Shown one piece after another: positions 41,654 through 52,399 of a stretch of 64,000 bases of DNA. Position 1 is the first letter of the stretch. Each line of letters begins with the position of its first letter. The notes beneath the pieces are model-generated. The model was not told where the DNA came from and did no database searches. It saw only the letters and a program-made list of their open reading frames with translations. Source of the stretch: Candidatus Limnocylindria bacterium (lineage in GTDB: Bacteria > Chloroflexota > Limnocylindria > P2-11E). Made by a program: the position numbers and the translations under genes. Location: the NCBI GenBank assembly GCA_036001645.1, contig DASYUC010000045.1:14-64013 (forward strand), given 5' to 3'.

Positions 41654-42739
41654 ATGGCGACCGTCACCTACGACCACGTCACGAAGAGCTTCGGCGACTT
41701 CAACGCGGTCAAAGACCTGAACCTGCAGGTCCGCGACGAGGAGTTCCTCGTCCTTGTGGGCCCGTCGGGCTGTGGCAAGACGACCGCGCTCCGGATGCTC
41801 GCCGGGCTGGAGGAGCAGACCGCGGGCGACATCTTCATCGGCGAGCGCCGCGTCAACGACGTCGCGCCGAAGGATCGGGATATCGCCATGGTCTTCCAGA
41901 ACTACGCCCTGTATCCGCACATGAGCGTGTACGACAACATCGCCTTCGGTCTGAAGCTTCGCAGTGTCCCGCGCAACGAGATCGAGCGTCGCGTCAATGA
42001 GGTCGCCGAGATGCTCTCGATCGGGCAACTGCTCAAGCGCAAGCCGAAGGAGCTCTCGGGCGGTCAACGGCAACGTGTGGCCGTCGGTCGCGCGATCGCG
42101 CGCGAGCCCGCGGTCTTCCTGATGGACGAGCCGCTCTCGAACCTCGACGCGAAGCTGCGCATCCAGACGCGCGCGATGCTGCAGAAGCTCCATCAGCGTC
42201 TTCGTCGAACGACCATCTACGTCACGCACGATCAGGTCGAGGCGATGACGATGGGCGACCGCATTGCCGTGATGAACGCCGGCGTGCTGCAGCAGCTCGA
42301 TACTCCCGAGAACCTTCACGAGCGTCCGATGAATCTGTTCGTCGCGGGGTTCATCGGATCTCCATCGATGAACTTCTTCCCTGCCAAGATCGTGAGCGGC
42401 GCGAACGGCGCCGTCGCAGACGCCGGCTTCTTCCGCGCGCCGGTGCGGGGCCAGGCGGCCGAAGCGGTGGGACGCGAGGTGATCCTCGGCGTGCGTCCCG
42501 AGGACATCGACGATCTGGGCAACGCGCAGCAGAACGGCCACTTGCCCGTTGAGGCTCTTGTGGAAGTCGTTGAATTCCTCGGTAATGAGCTGCAGCTCCA
42601 GCTGTCCGCGGACGGCCAGACGTTCGTCGCGCGTGTGTCCACGAACACGCAGACGCGCCCGGGCGACAAGCTGCGCGTGGGCTTCAATCTGAAGAAGCTT
42701 CACGTGTTCGACAAGGCCACGGAGGCCGCGCTGCGGTGA
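41654..42739 (+). CDS. Sugar-type ABC transporter ATP-binding protein (MalK/UgpC/MsiK-like), no cognate permease adjacent
   Basis: The motifs are Walker A GPSGCGKTT, Q-loop, signature LSGGQRQRVA and Walker B FLMDEPLSNLD, plus a MalK-like C-terminal TOBE region. The start is the internal ATG at 41654. Confidence 0.9.
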   Translation: MATVTYDHVTKSFGDFNAVKDLNLQVRDEEFLVLVGPSGCGKTTALRMLAGLEEQTAGDIFIGERRVNDVAPKDRDIAMVFQNYALYPHMSVYDNIAFGLKLRSVPRNEIERRVNEVAEMLSIGQLLKRKPKELSGGQRQRVAVGRAIAREPAVFLMDEPLSNLDAKLRIQTRAMLQKLHQRLRRTTIYVTHDQVEAMTMGDRIAVMNAGVLQQLDTPENLHERPMNLFVAGFIGSPSMNFFPAKIVSGANGAVADAGFFRAPVRGQAAEAVGREVILGVRPEDIDDLGNAQQNGHLPVEALVEVVEFLGNELQLQLSADGQTFVARVSTNTQTRPGDKLRVGFNLKKLHVFDKATEAALR

Positions 42740-44727
42740 CGCTCCGCGGAAGTGTCCAGGACTTCCCGCTGAAAGCGGTCCTCGAGATGCTCGCGCACAC
42801 AAAGAAGACCGGTGAGCTGCAGGTGCGCGTGGGCGATCGCGTCGGGGCGCTCGGTCTCGCCGACGGCCGTGTGGTCACTGCGGTCTTCGCCGAAGAAGAA
42901 CCGCTGCTCGCGCTCGGCGCGATCTTCGCGCTCGAGGGAGCGGAGTTCGAGTTCACCCCCTGGGACGACGCGCCGCCCTCGAACCTCGAGGGAACGCTGA
43001 GCGAGCTGCTGCGCAAGGCGGACGAGGCGAAGAAGCAAGCCGAGGAAGCGCGCCGCAAGGCGGAGGAAGAGCGTGAAGCGGCGCGCAAGAAGGCGGAGGA
43101 AGAACGCGAGGCGGAGCGGAGGCGCGTCGCGGAGCTGCGTTCTCTCATCCCGAGCGACGATCTGCCCCTCCGCCTCTCCGAGCGCGCCGTCGATCAAGGC
43201 GCGGTCACGCTGACCTCGGAGCGCTGGCGGGTCGTGCTCGCGGTCAACGGCGAGCGCGACCTGAACGCGATCGCCGCGATGCTCCACCTCGATCACGACG
43301 CCGCGCTGACGACGCTCGCGGCTCTGGTGCGCGACCGTGTCATCGAGACGGCTGCGCCGCCGCCGGCACCGCCCGCGTACGAGCCGCCCGCTTACGCGTC
43401 GCCTGCATCCGAGGCGCCGGCACCCGAGTCTGCTACGAGCACGCCCGCCTTCGAACCAACGCCGCCGCCATTCGAACCGGCGCCGCCGCCCTTCGAGTCG
43501 GCGCCCGCGGTCGATGCGTCCGCGGACGCGTGGGCGAGTCCCCAGACACCTCCGGACTTCACGCCGGCGGAGGCCGCGCCCGCACCCGAGATCCCACCCG
43601 CGACGGCGGATTGGATCACGCCCGATCAGGCCGTGCCGGCGGAGGACTGGACGACGACTCCCGGCGAGTCCGCGCCGATCTCCGAGGTCGCGCCGCACTG
43701 GACCGCACCCCAGACGCCCGCGCCGGTACCGGACTGGATCACGCCGGACGTGGCGGAGCCACCGGCCGCCGCGGACGACCGCCTCAGCGCTCTTTCCGGG
43801 ATCTTCGGTCCGGCGCCGACCGAGCCCGAGGCTCCTGCTCCCGCGGAGCCGCCCGTGAATACGTGGGCGCCGCCCGGGGCCGGATCGGAGCAGTGGGGAA
43901 CGAAGGCGCCGCCCGTCCCCGGTGCCGAGCGCTGGACCGCGCCTCCTCGCGCCGAACCGGTAACGCCCGCGCCATCCGACGATCCCTGGGGCACGCCGCC
44001 TTCGTCCGTACCGATCCGAGACTCGTGGGCGCCTCCGGCCGCTGCGCCCGAACCGCCGAAGGCCAAGGACTCGTGGGGCGCGCCAGCGCCCGCGCCGAGT
44101 ACGTGGTCCGCACCGTCACCAGGTACGACGTCGTCCGCCGACCCGTGGGGAAGTCCAACCGGTACCGACGCGCGTACCGCGGGATTCCGGATCCCGGAGC
44201 CCGCGACGCCGCCCGTCGAGGAGTGGAGCCCGCCGCCGGCCGCACCGCCGGAAAAGAAGAAGCGTGGCCTGTTCGGCTTCGGTCGCGAGAAGCCGGCTCC
44301 GCCGCCGGTCGCGGGCACGCCGCTACCGACTGCGGGTGTGGTCGGCAGTCGCGTCGGCATGCTCGCCGCGCTCGCCAACACGCTCATCGCCGAATACAAC
44401 AACGGTCAGTACGGCAAGAGCCGCATCGAAGAGCGCATCGCCAACCTGCTGATGCGCGTCGACGAGCAGGCCGATCCGATCGATCGCCCACTGCCGATCG
44501 TCGACGATCGGATCGACGTCGAGGCGATCGAGCGTGAGCACCTCGCCGACTCCCAGGCGCTGCCATATCTCGCCCTGCTGGTCACGACGATCTTCGCCGA
44601 CGCCGAGAAGACGTTCGGCAAGGACAAGGCGAAGAAGGGGTACAAGGCCGCTCAGAAGACGGTCATGCTCGGCGACGCCAGCGCGCTCAACACACCGGAG
44701 CTCGCCGGCAAGCTTCCCAAGGTCTGA
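42736..44727 (+). CDS. DUF4388-like N-terminal domain protein with coiled-coil, ~300-aa Pro/Trp-rich low-complexity region and conserved-looking C-terminal domain
   Basis: The N-terminus GSVQDFPLKAVLEMLAHTKKTGELQV...DGRVVTAVF...ALGAIFALEGAEFEF fits the DUF4388 pattern. It is followed by EEARRKAEEEREAARKKAEEEREAERRR. The GTG start overlaps the ABC ATPase stop (GTGA). Confidence 0.7.
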   Translation: MTLRGSVQDFPLKAVLEMLAHTKKTGELQVRVGDRVGALGLADGRVVTAVFAEEEPLLALGAIFALEGAEFEFTPWDDAPPSNLEGTLSELLRKADEAKKQAEEARRKAEEEREAARKKAEEEREAERRRVAELRSLIPSDDLPLRLSERAVDQGAVTLTSERWRVVLAVNGERDLNAIAAMLHLDHDAALTTLAALVRDRVIETAAPPPAPPAYEPPAYASPASEAPAPESATSTPAFEPTPPPFEPAPPPFESAPAVDASADAWASPQTPPDFTPAEAAPAPEIPPATADWITPDQAVPAEDWTTTPGESAPISEVAPHWTAPQTPAPVPDWITPDVAEPPAAADDRLSALSGIFGPAPTEPEAPAPAEPPVNTWAPPGAGSEQWGTKAPPVPGAERWTAPPRAEPVTPAPSDDPWGTPPSSVPIRDSWAPPAAAPEPPKAKDSWGAPAPAPSTWSAPSPGTTSSADPWGSPTGTDARTAGFRIPEPATPPVEEWSPPPAAPPEKKKRGLFGFGREKPAPPPVAGTPLPTAGVVGSRVGMLAALANTLIAEYNNGQYGKSRIEERIANLLMRVDEQADPIDRPLPIVDDRIDVEAIEREHLADSQALPYLALLVTTIFADAEKTFGKDKAKKGYKAAQKTVMLGDASALNTPELAGKLPKV

Positions 44728-45695
44728 GCGACAACCACTTCCTCGGCATCGACCTCGGGGGCACGCACATCCGCGCGGTCATCGCGACGGTCGATGGCGA
44801 CCATCACGAGATCACCGCGCGCGATGAGCGCGGCACGCCACGCGACGGCGCCGATCCCATCGTTCGCGCGCTCGCGGATTCCGCGCGTGCGTGCGCGCGC
44901 GAAGCGGGCATCCCGCTCCACGAGATCCTCGCGATCGGTTGCGCCGCCCCCGGCCCGCTCGACCATCGCACCGGCCTCGTGCACGAAGCCCCGAATCTCG
45001 TCGGCTTCAAGGAGGTCGCGCTCGCCTCGCGACTGTCCGATGCGCTCGACGGCGTCACCGTGTTCGTCGACCGCGACACCGCGATGGCGGCGATCGCCGA
45101 GGGCGCGATCGGTGCGGCGCGCGGAGCGCGGGATTTCATCTACGTCACGGTGTCGACCGGACTCGGCGGCTCGATCGTGAGCGGCGGCCGCATGCTGCGT
45201 GGCGCGACGAACACCGCGGGCGAGATCGGACATTGGCCGGTGGCGTTCCAGCTTGATGTGTCGCGCGAGGCGGGCGCGGATCTGCCGCGCTGCGGCTGCG
45301 GCTCGTTCGGGTGCGCCGAGTCCTTCGCGGCCGGCCGCAACATGGCCGACGCGTTCGGCGTCGAGGACACCGCGGAAGTCTTCGCCGCGGCGGCCCGCGG
45401 CGACCGTCGCGCGACGACGATCGTCACGCGCGCCGAGCGGGCACTCGGGAACCTCGCGGTGGGCCTGGTGAACGTGCTGAACCCCGCGCTCATCGTCGTC
45501 GGCGGTTCCATCGCGGACAACCAGCCCGCACACGTCCTCGAGCCGATGCGTCGCGCGATCGCGGAACGCGCGTTCCGCGCACCGGCCACCGCGGTGCGCG
45601 TCGTGCCCGCCGCGCTCGGCCGCGACGTCGGCATGCTGGGTGCTGTGTTCGCCGCTCGGGAGCGTCTGCAGGGGCGGGGGGAGTGGTTCCTCTAG
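44724..45695 (+). CDS. ROK-family sugar kinase (glucokinase-like); apparent CTG start
   Basis: The motifs are FLGIDLGGTHIR (phosphate-1), VDRDTAMAA, TVSTGLGGSIV, GEIGHW and the zinc motif CGCGSFGCAE. The first ATG/GTG/TTG in frame is at 44979, far downstream of the ATP-binding motif. CTG at 44724 overlaps the upstream stop (CTGA). Confidence 0.8.
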   Translation: MSDNHFLGIDLGGTHIRAVIATVDGDHHEITARDERGTPRDGADPIVRALADSARACAREAGIPLHEILAIGCAAPGPLDHRTGLVHEAPNLVGFKEVALASRLSDALDGVTVFVDRDTAMAAIAEGAIGAARGARDFIYVTVSTGLGGSIVSGGRMLRGATNTAGEIGHWPVAFQLDVSREAGADLPRCGCGSFGCAESFAAGRNMADAFGVEDTAEVFAAAARGDRRATTIVTRAERALGNLAVGLVNVLNPALIVVGGSIADNQPAHVLEPMRRAIAERAFRAPATAVRVVPAALGRDVGMLGAVFAARERLQGRGEWFL

Positions 45696-45719
45696 TCTCA
45701 CGTCACAAGGGGGTCAGCC

Positions 45720-46742
45720 ATGGGTGTGCGCATCGGCATCAACGGTTTCGGACGCATCGGTCGGCAGTTCCTCAAGGCGGTCCTGGAGCGGCACCCTGAG
45801 CTCGAGATCGTCGCCGTGAACGATCTCACGGACCCGCAGATGAACGCCTATCTGTTCAAGCACGACACGAACTACGGGAACTACAAAGGCGAGGTCTCGG
45901 CCACCGCCGATGCGCTCGTCATCGACGGCCGCAAGATCAAGGTCCTCGCCGAGAAGGATCCCGCGAAGCTGCCGTGGAAAGACCTCGGCGTCGACGTGGT
46001 GATCGAATCGACCGGCTTCTTCACCGACGCGACGAAGGCGAAGGCGCACATCGACGCGGGCGCGAAGTACGTGATCATCTCGGCGCCGGCGAAGAACGAG
46101 GACAAGACCATCGTCCTCGGCGTGAACGAGAACGACTTCGATCCCGAGAAGCACCACATCATCTCGAACGCCTCGTGCACCACCAACGGACTCGCACCGG
46201 TCGCAAAGCTGCTCAACGATGAGTTCGGGATCAAGAAGGGCTTCCTCACCACGGTCCACTCGTACACGAACTCGCAGCGCACGCTGGACACCGCGGCGAA
46301 AGAGCCGCGGGACGCGCGCGCCGCGGCCGAGAACATCGTTCCGTCGGAGACCGGCGCCGCGAGAGCCGTTGCGCTCGTGATCCCGGAGCTGAAGGGGAAG
46401 TTCGTCGGCATGGCGTTCCGCGTTCCCACGTCGACCGTGTCCGTCGTGGACTTCGTCGCGACGCTCGGACGGGAAGTCACGAAGGAAGAAGTCAACGCGG
46501 CCTTCAAGCGCGCGAGCGAAGGCAAGCTGAAGGGCATCATGGGGTACACAGAAGAGCCGCTCGTCTCGAGCGACCTCAAGGGTGACGACCGCTCCACGAT
46601 CGTCAGCGCGATCGACACGCTGGTCCTCGGCGACACGGTGAAGGTCATCGCCTGGTACGACAACGAATGGGGCTACGCGTGCCGGCTCGCCGACATCACC
46701 GCGTTCGTGGCGGCGAAGCTCCGAGTCCCAGCGGCGGCCTAG
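45720..46742 (+). CDS. gap: Type I glyceraldehyde-3-phosphate dehydrogenase
   Basis: The motifs are [22 protein letters not shown] and [16 protein letters not shown] precedes the ATG. Confidence 0.95.
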   Translation: MGVRIGINGFGRIGRQFLKAVLERHPELEIVAVNDLTDPQMNAYLFKHDTNYGNYKGEVSATADALVIDGRKIKVLAEKDPAKLPWKDLGVDVVIESTGFFTDATKAKAHIDAGAKYVIISAPAKNEDKTIVLGVNENDFDPEKHHIISNASCTTNGLAPVAKLLNDEFGIKKGFLTTVHSYTNSQRTLDTAAKEPRDARAAAENIVPSETGAARAVALVIPELKGKFVGMAFRVPTSTVSVVDFVATLGREVTKEEVNAAFKRASEGKLKGIMGYTEEPLVSSDLKGDDRSTIVSAIDTLVLGDTVKVIAWYDNEWGYACRLADITAFVAAKLRVPAAA

Positions 46743-46748
46743 CTCCGC

Positions 46749-47942
46749 GTGACGGGCTTCGCGAAGAGGACGATCCGGGACGTCGATCCGTCCGGGAAGA
46801 AGGTCCTCGTCCGCGTTGATTTCAACGTGCCGCTCGCTGACGGCGCGGTCGCCGACGACATGCGGATCCGTGCCGCGCTCCCGACGATCTCGTACCTGCT
46901 CGAGCACGGCGCGGCCGTGGCGCTCTGCTCCCATCTCGGACGCCCGAAGGGGCCGGATCCCAAGCTCAGCCTCCGGCCGGTCGCGCGGCGGCTCGGCGAG
47001 ATCCTTCGACGGGACGTCCCGCTTCTGCCCGACGCCGTCGGTCCGGCGGTGCGCGAAGTCGTGGGTAGGCTGCGGCGCGGCGAGGTCGTGCTCCTCGAGA
47101 ACGTCCGTTTCCATCCCGAGGAGGAGAAGAACGATCCCGCGTTCGCCAAGGAGCTCGCGAGCGGCTACGACCTGTACGTGAACGACGCCTTCGGTGCCGC
47201 GCACCGCGCGCATGTGTCGACGGAAGGCGTGGCGAAGATCCTACCTGCGTACGCGGGCCTGCTGCTGGAGAAGGAGCTGCTCGCTCTCGGCGGTCTGTTG
47301 AGCGCGCCGCAGCGGCCGTTCCTCGCCATCATCGGCGGCGCCAAGGTGAGCACGAAGATCGACGTGCTGCGCGCGCTCCTCGCGCGCGTCGACGCGCTCG
47401 CCATCGGCGGCGGCATGGCGAACACGTTCCTCCTCGCGATGGGACGGAGGGTCGGCCGTTCACTCGCGGAGCCCGATCGCGCGGGAGAGGCGAAGGCCAT
47501 CCTCGACGACGCGAAGGCGAAGAGTAAACGCGTGCTCCTGCCGGACGACGTGCTCTGCGCGCCGTCCGTGGACGAAGCCGGCGCACCTGGCGCGATCGTG
47601 AAGGGCGTCGACGAGGTGCCCGACGATCTGGCGATCGTCGACATCGGTCCGCGGACGATCGAGCGCTATGCCGACGAGATCCGTCGCGCGAAGACGATCT
47701 TCTGGAACGGACCGGTGGGGGTCTTCGAGATCCCGGCCTTCGGCAAGGGGACGAAACGCGTCGCGGAGCTGCTCGCCTCGAGCGGAGCGGTGACAGTCGT
47801 CGGCGGCGGTGAATCGGTCCAGGCGGTCGAGGAGCTCGGCCTGGCGGACAAGATGACGCACGTCTCGACCGGCGGTGGCGCGTCGCTCGAGCTCATCGAA
47901 GGAAAGACGCTGCCGGGTGTGGCCGCGATCCCCGACCGGTAG
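46749..47942 (+). CDS. pgk: Phosphoglycerate kinase
   Basis: The motifs are KKVLVRVDFNVPL, SHLGRPKG, FWNGPVGVFE and STGGGASLE. Confidence 0.95.
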   Translation: MTGFAKRTIRDVDPSGKKVLVRVDFNVPLADGAVADDMRIRAALPTISYLLEHGAAVALCSHLGRPKGPDPKLSLRPVARRLGEILRRDVPLLPDAVGPAVREVVGRLRRGEVVLLENVRFHPEEEKNDPAFAKELASGYDLYVNDAFGAAHRAHVSTEGVAKILPAYAGLLLEKELLALGGLLSAPQRPFLAIIGGAKVSTKIDVLRALLARVDALAIGGGMANTFLLAMGRRVGRSLAEPDRAGEAKAILDDAKAKSKRVLLPDDVLCAPSVDEAGAPGAIVKGVDEVPDDLAIVDIGPRTIERYADEIRRAKTIFWNGPVGVFEIPAFGKGTKRVAELLASSGAVTVVGGGESVQAVEELGLADKMTHVSTGGGASLELIEGKTLPGVAAIPDR

Positions 47943-49271
<1,329 letters not shown>

Positions 49272-49354
49272 GGAGTTCTTTACGAGTGCCGACGCTGCGC
49301 CGACCGACGCGATCCGGGCTTCACTCGAGCATCCGAGACGGCATGGTCGATTTG

Positions 49355-49390
49355 CTTGTCTTGACAAGGATTATCTCGACAACCTAACCT
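49355..49390 (+). promoter_or_regulatory. Putative marR promoter with overlapping palindromic operator
   Basis: The palindrome CTTGTC-TT-GACAAG (49355-49368) contains TTGACA (49361-49366). TAACCT lies at 49385-49390 after an 18-nt spacer. The GTG start at 49398 implies a leaderless or near-leaderless mRNA. Confidence 0.4.
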
Positions 49391-49397
49391 CGCGACC

Positions 49398-49880
49398 GTG
49401 GCTGTGCAGCGCAAAGCGGCGCGTGAGCCGACACGCCTCGTCGAGCCGCGGCAGCGCGTCGGTCGCCTTCTCATCGGCGTCGCGCGCGAGCTGCGTACGG
49501 TCGTCGATCGCCAGGTCCAGCCGCTCGGACTCACGATGCAGCAGGCGGAGCTCCTGGTCTGGACCCACCGGCAGCGCGGCGCGAGCCCGACCCAGCTCAC
49601 GGAGCTCCTTCTGACGGACGACGCGGGCGTCTCGCGCCTCGTCGACCGTCTCGAGGCGAAGGGGCTCATCACCCGGCGCGTCCACGGGAGGGATCGCCGG
49701 GCGCGCGAGCTCCAGCTGACGCCCTCCGGTCGTACGCTTGCGACACGCCTGGGCCGTTTCGCGGCGCGGGGGAACGAGAAGCTCCTCGCCGGGCTATCGC
49801 CGCAGGAGACCGCTCAGCTCCGGCGGTTGCTCCAGCGCGTCTCGGAGAATCTCCGAACGACCCCACTCGGGTCCCCATGA
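49398..49880 (+). CDS. MarR-family transcriptional regulator
   Basis: The winged-HTH reads LTMQQAELLVW...PTQLTELLLTDDAGVSRLVDRLEAKGLITR..HGRDRRA. The GTG start lies ~7 nt after a -10-like hexamer. Confidence 0.85.
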   Translation: MAVQRKAAREPTRLVEPRQRVGRLLIGVARELRTVVDRQVQPLGLTMQQAELLVWTHRQRGASPTQLTELLLTDDAGVSRLVDRLEAKGLITRRVHGRDRRARELQLTPSGRTLATRLGRFAARGNEKLLAGLSPQETAQLRRLLQRVSENLRTTPLGSP

Positions 49881-52399
49881 GCGGGCGTCTGGTCCTCCCG
49901 TTGTCCGCGCTCGGCGCCGGCGATATCGCCGTCGCGGGAGGGAAGGGCGCGAACCTCGGCGAGCTCATCCGTGCCGGCTTCCCGGTCCCGGACGGCTTCG
50001 TCATCACGACCGACGCCTACGCCGCCGCCGCCCGCGCGGCCGGCGTCGATCCACGCGACCCGGTCGACGCGCGCGAGCGCCTCGCGGGGAAGTCGATGCC
50101 GGCGGAGATCGCGAACGCGATACGTGATGCCTACCGGGCGCTCGGCGGTCGCGTCGCGGTGCGCTCGTCCGCGACGGCGGAGGATCTGCCCGAGGCGAGC
50201 TTCGCTGGGCAACAGGACACGATCCTCGACGTCGAAGGTGACGACGCGCTGCAGGGCGCGGTCCGCCGCTGTTGGGCTTCGCTGTGGAACGAGCGGGCGG
50301 TCGCGTACCGCGCGACCCATGAGGTCGATGAGCACGCGCTTCGCCTTGCGGTCGTCGTCCAGCGCATGGTCCCCGCGACGATCGCCGGCGTCCTTTTCAC
50401 CGCGGACCCGATCACCGGTCGGCGCCGGCGCGCCGCGATCGATGCGGTCCGCGGTCTCGGGGAGCAGCTCGTCTCGGGCGCGGTGAATCCCGACCACTAC
50501 CTCGTCGACGCCAGCGGCGAGGTACTCGAACGCCGCGGCGACATCCTCGACGACGCGCGCCTGCGCGAGCTGGCGGCGATCGGCGCTCGCATCGAGGCGC
50601 ACTTCGGACGACCACAGGACATCGAGTGGGCGATCGACGAGCGGAGGCTCTGGATCGTCCAATCGCGCGACGTCACCACGCTCTATCCCGTCCCGGCCAG
50701 CGCGCCCGATCCGGATCGCGATCTGCGCGTCTACCTCTCGGCGAACGTCGCGCAGGGCGTCCTCCAGCCGTTCACGCCGATGGGCATCCAGACGTTCCGG
50801 CTGCTGGCCGCGGCGTTCGCGGCCGCGGTGGGGAAGCCTGTCGGCGACCCGGCGGCCGGGGCTCCCGTCATGGCCGACGCCGGCCTGCGGCTGTGGATCG
50901 ATCTCACCGGAGTGCTCCGGAACGCGGCCGCGCGTGAGATACCGGTCCGCGTGCTGTCGATCATGGAAGCACGGAGCTCGGGGATCTTCGCGCGTCTGCT
51001 CGACGATCCGCGCCTCGCGCCGCGCGGCGGCTCGCGCCTCCGCTCGGCCGCCTCGATCCTTCGCGCGATCGCGCACACCGGAGTGCCGCCGATGGTCCTT
51101 CGCGCGCTCCTCAGACCTGACTCGACGCGTGACGGACTCCTGCGCGAGGTCGACGCGCTCGTCACGCGCGACGCGGGCCCGCTGACAACGCCGAACGAGC
51201 GGCTCGACGCGTTCGAACGCCTACTCCTCGTCACGCCGCCGCGCATGTTCCCGAAGCTCGTCGCAATGGTCGGTGCCGGTCTCATCTCGTACAACGTCGC
51301 CACACGGCTGCTCCGCGGTGTCGCCAGCGACGACGAGCTGCGGACGGTGCTGCGCGGTCTTCCGTTCAATCCGACGACCGAGATGGACCTGGGTCTCTGG
51401 GCGATCGCGCAGCGGACCCGTGACGACCCGCCGTCGCGGGCGGCGCTCGCGGACCGCGCTCCGTCAAAACTGAGCGCGGATTTCCGCCGCGGGAGCCTGC
51501 CGCCGCTCCTGCAGCGCGAGCTCGAGACGTTCATCGAGCAGTACGGGCACCGCGCCATCGCCGAGATCGACCTGGGCCTGCCACGCTGGTCCGAGGATCC
51601 GGCGCACCTCCTCGGCGCGATCGCGAACTACCAGCGGCTCGACGCGGCCGCCGTCGCGCCCGACGCGCAGTTCGCCCGCGGCGCGCGTGAGGCGGAGGCC
51701 ACGATCGCCACGCTCCTCTCGCGCGTGCACGGCCCGCGCCGATTCCTCGCGCGCGCCTTTCTTCGCCGCGTGCGCGCGCTTTTCGGGGTGCGCGAGGCGC
51801 CGAAGTTCCACGTGATCCGTTTGTTCGCGCGCGGCCGAGCGATCCTCGCACCCGTCGGCGACGTGCTTGCCGACGCCGGCAGCGTCGCAGCCGCGGACGA
51901 CATCTGGTTCCTCACGCTCCCGGAGGCGCGTCGCGCGGTCGCCGGCGCGGACATGCGCGAGCCCGTCGCCGCGCGCCGGGCGGAATATCGGCGCGAAATG
52001 CGGCGGCGTCACGTTCCGCGCGTGCTCCTTTCCGACGGGACCGATGCCGAAGCCGCGTTCGCGTCGCCGGCCGCCGACGGCGCGATCCGCGGGACGCCGG
52101 CGTCACCGGGGACCGCACGTGGGATCGCGCACGTGATGCTCTCGCCGGCGGGCGCGCGGCTCGAGCCGGGCGAGGTCCTGGTGGCCCCCGCCACGGACCC
52201 AGGATGGACGCCGCTCTTCCTCACCGCGAGCGCGCTCGTCATGGAGATGGGCGGGATGATGTCGCACGGCGCCGTCGTCGCGCGCGAATACGGCATTCCC
52301 GCGGTCGTGGGCGTGCCGAACGCGACCGAGCGGATCGTGACCGGCGAACGGATCGTTGTCGACGGCTCCGCAGGGACGGTCGCGCCGGAAGAGCGCTAG
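49877..52399 (+). CDS. PEP-utilising enzyme of the PpsA-like / rifampicin-phosphotransferase-like architecture (ATP-grasp N-domain, central domain, C-terminal swivel His domain)
   Basis: The N-terminus is VAGGKGANLGEL..AGFPVPDGFVIT with QDIEWA. The C-terminal swivel region is GTPASPG...VLVAPATDPGWTPLF..ASALVMEMGGMMSHGAVVAREYGIPAV. The ATG overlaps the marR stop (ATGA). Confidence 0.8.
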   Translation: MSGRLVLPLSALGAGDIAVAGGKGANLGELIRAGFPVPDGFVITTDAYAAAARAAGVDPRDPVDARERLAGKSMPAEIANAIRDAYRALGGRVAVRSSATAEDLPEASFAGQQDTILDVEGDDALQGAVRRCWASLWNERAVAYRATHEVDEHALRLAVVVQRMVPATIAGVLFTADPITGRRRRAAIDAVRGLGEQLVSGAVNPDHYLVDASGEVLERRGDILDDARLRELAAIGARIEAHFGRPQDIEWAIDERRLWIVQSRDVTTLYPVPASAPDPDRDLRVYLSANVAQGVLQPFTPMGIQTFRLLAAAFAAAVGKPVGDPAAGAPVMADAGLRLWIDLTGVLRNAAAREIPVRVLSIMEARSSGIFARLLDDPRLAPRGGSRLRSAASILRAIAHTGVPPMVLRALLRPDSTRDGLLREVDALVTRDAGPLTTPNERLDAFERLLLVTPPRMFPKLVAMVGAGLISYNVATRLLRGVASDDELRTVLRGLPFNPTTEMDLGLWAIAQRTRDDPPSRAALADRAPSKLSADFRRGSLPPLLQRELETFIEQYGHRAIAEIDLGLPRWSEDPAHLLGAIANYQRLDAAAVAPDAQFARGAREAEATIATLLSRVHGPRRFLARAFLRRVRALFGVREAPKFHVIRLFARGRAILAPVGDVLADAGSVAAADDIWFLTLPEARRAVAGADMREPVAARRAEYRREMRRRHVPRVLLSDGTDAEAAFASPAADGAIRGTPASPGTARGIAHVMLSPAGARLEPGEVLVAPATDPGWTPLFLTASALVMEMGGMMSHGAVVAREYGIPAVVGVPNATERIVTGERIVVDGSAGTVAPEER

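Noticed and set aside
41645-42802. A 385-aa minus-strand ORF.
   Set aside because: It is antisense to the ABC ATPase, which has Walker A, signature and Walker B motifs on the plus strand.
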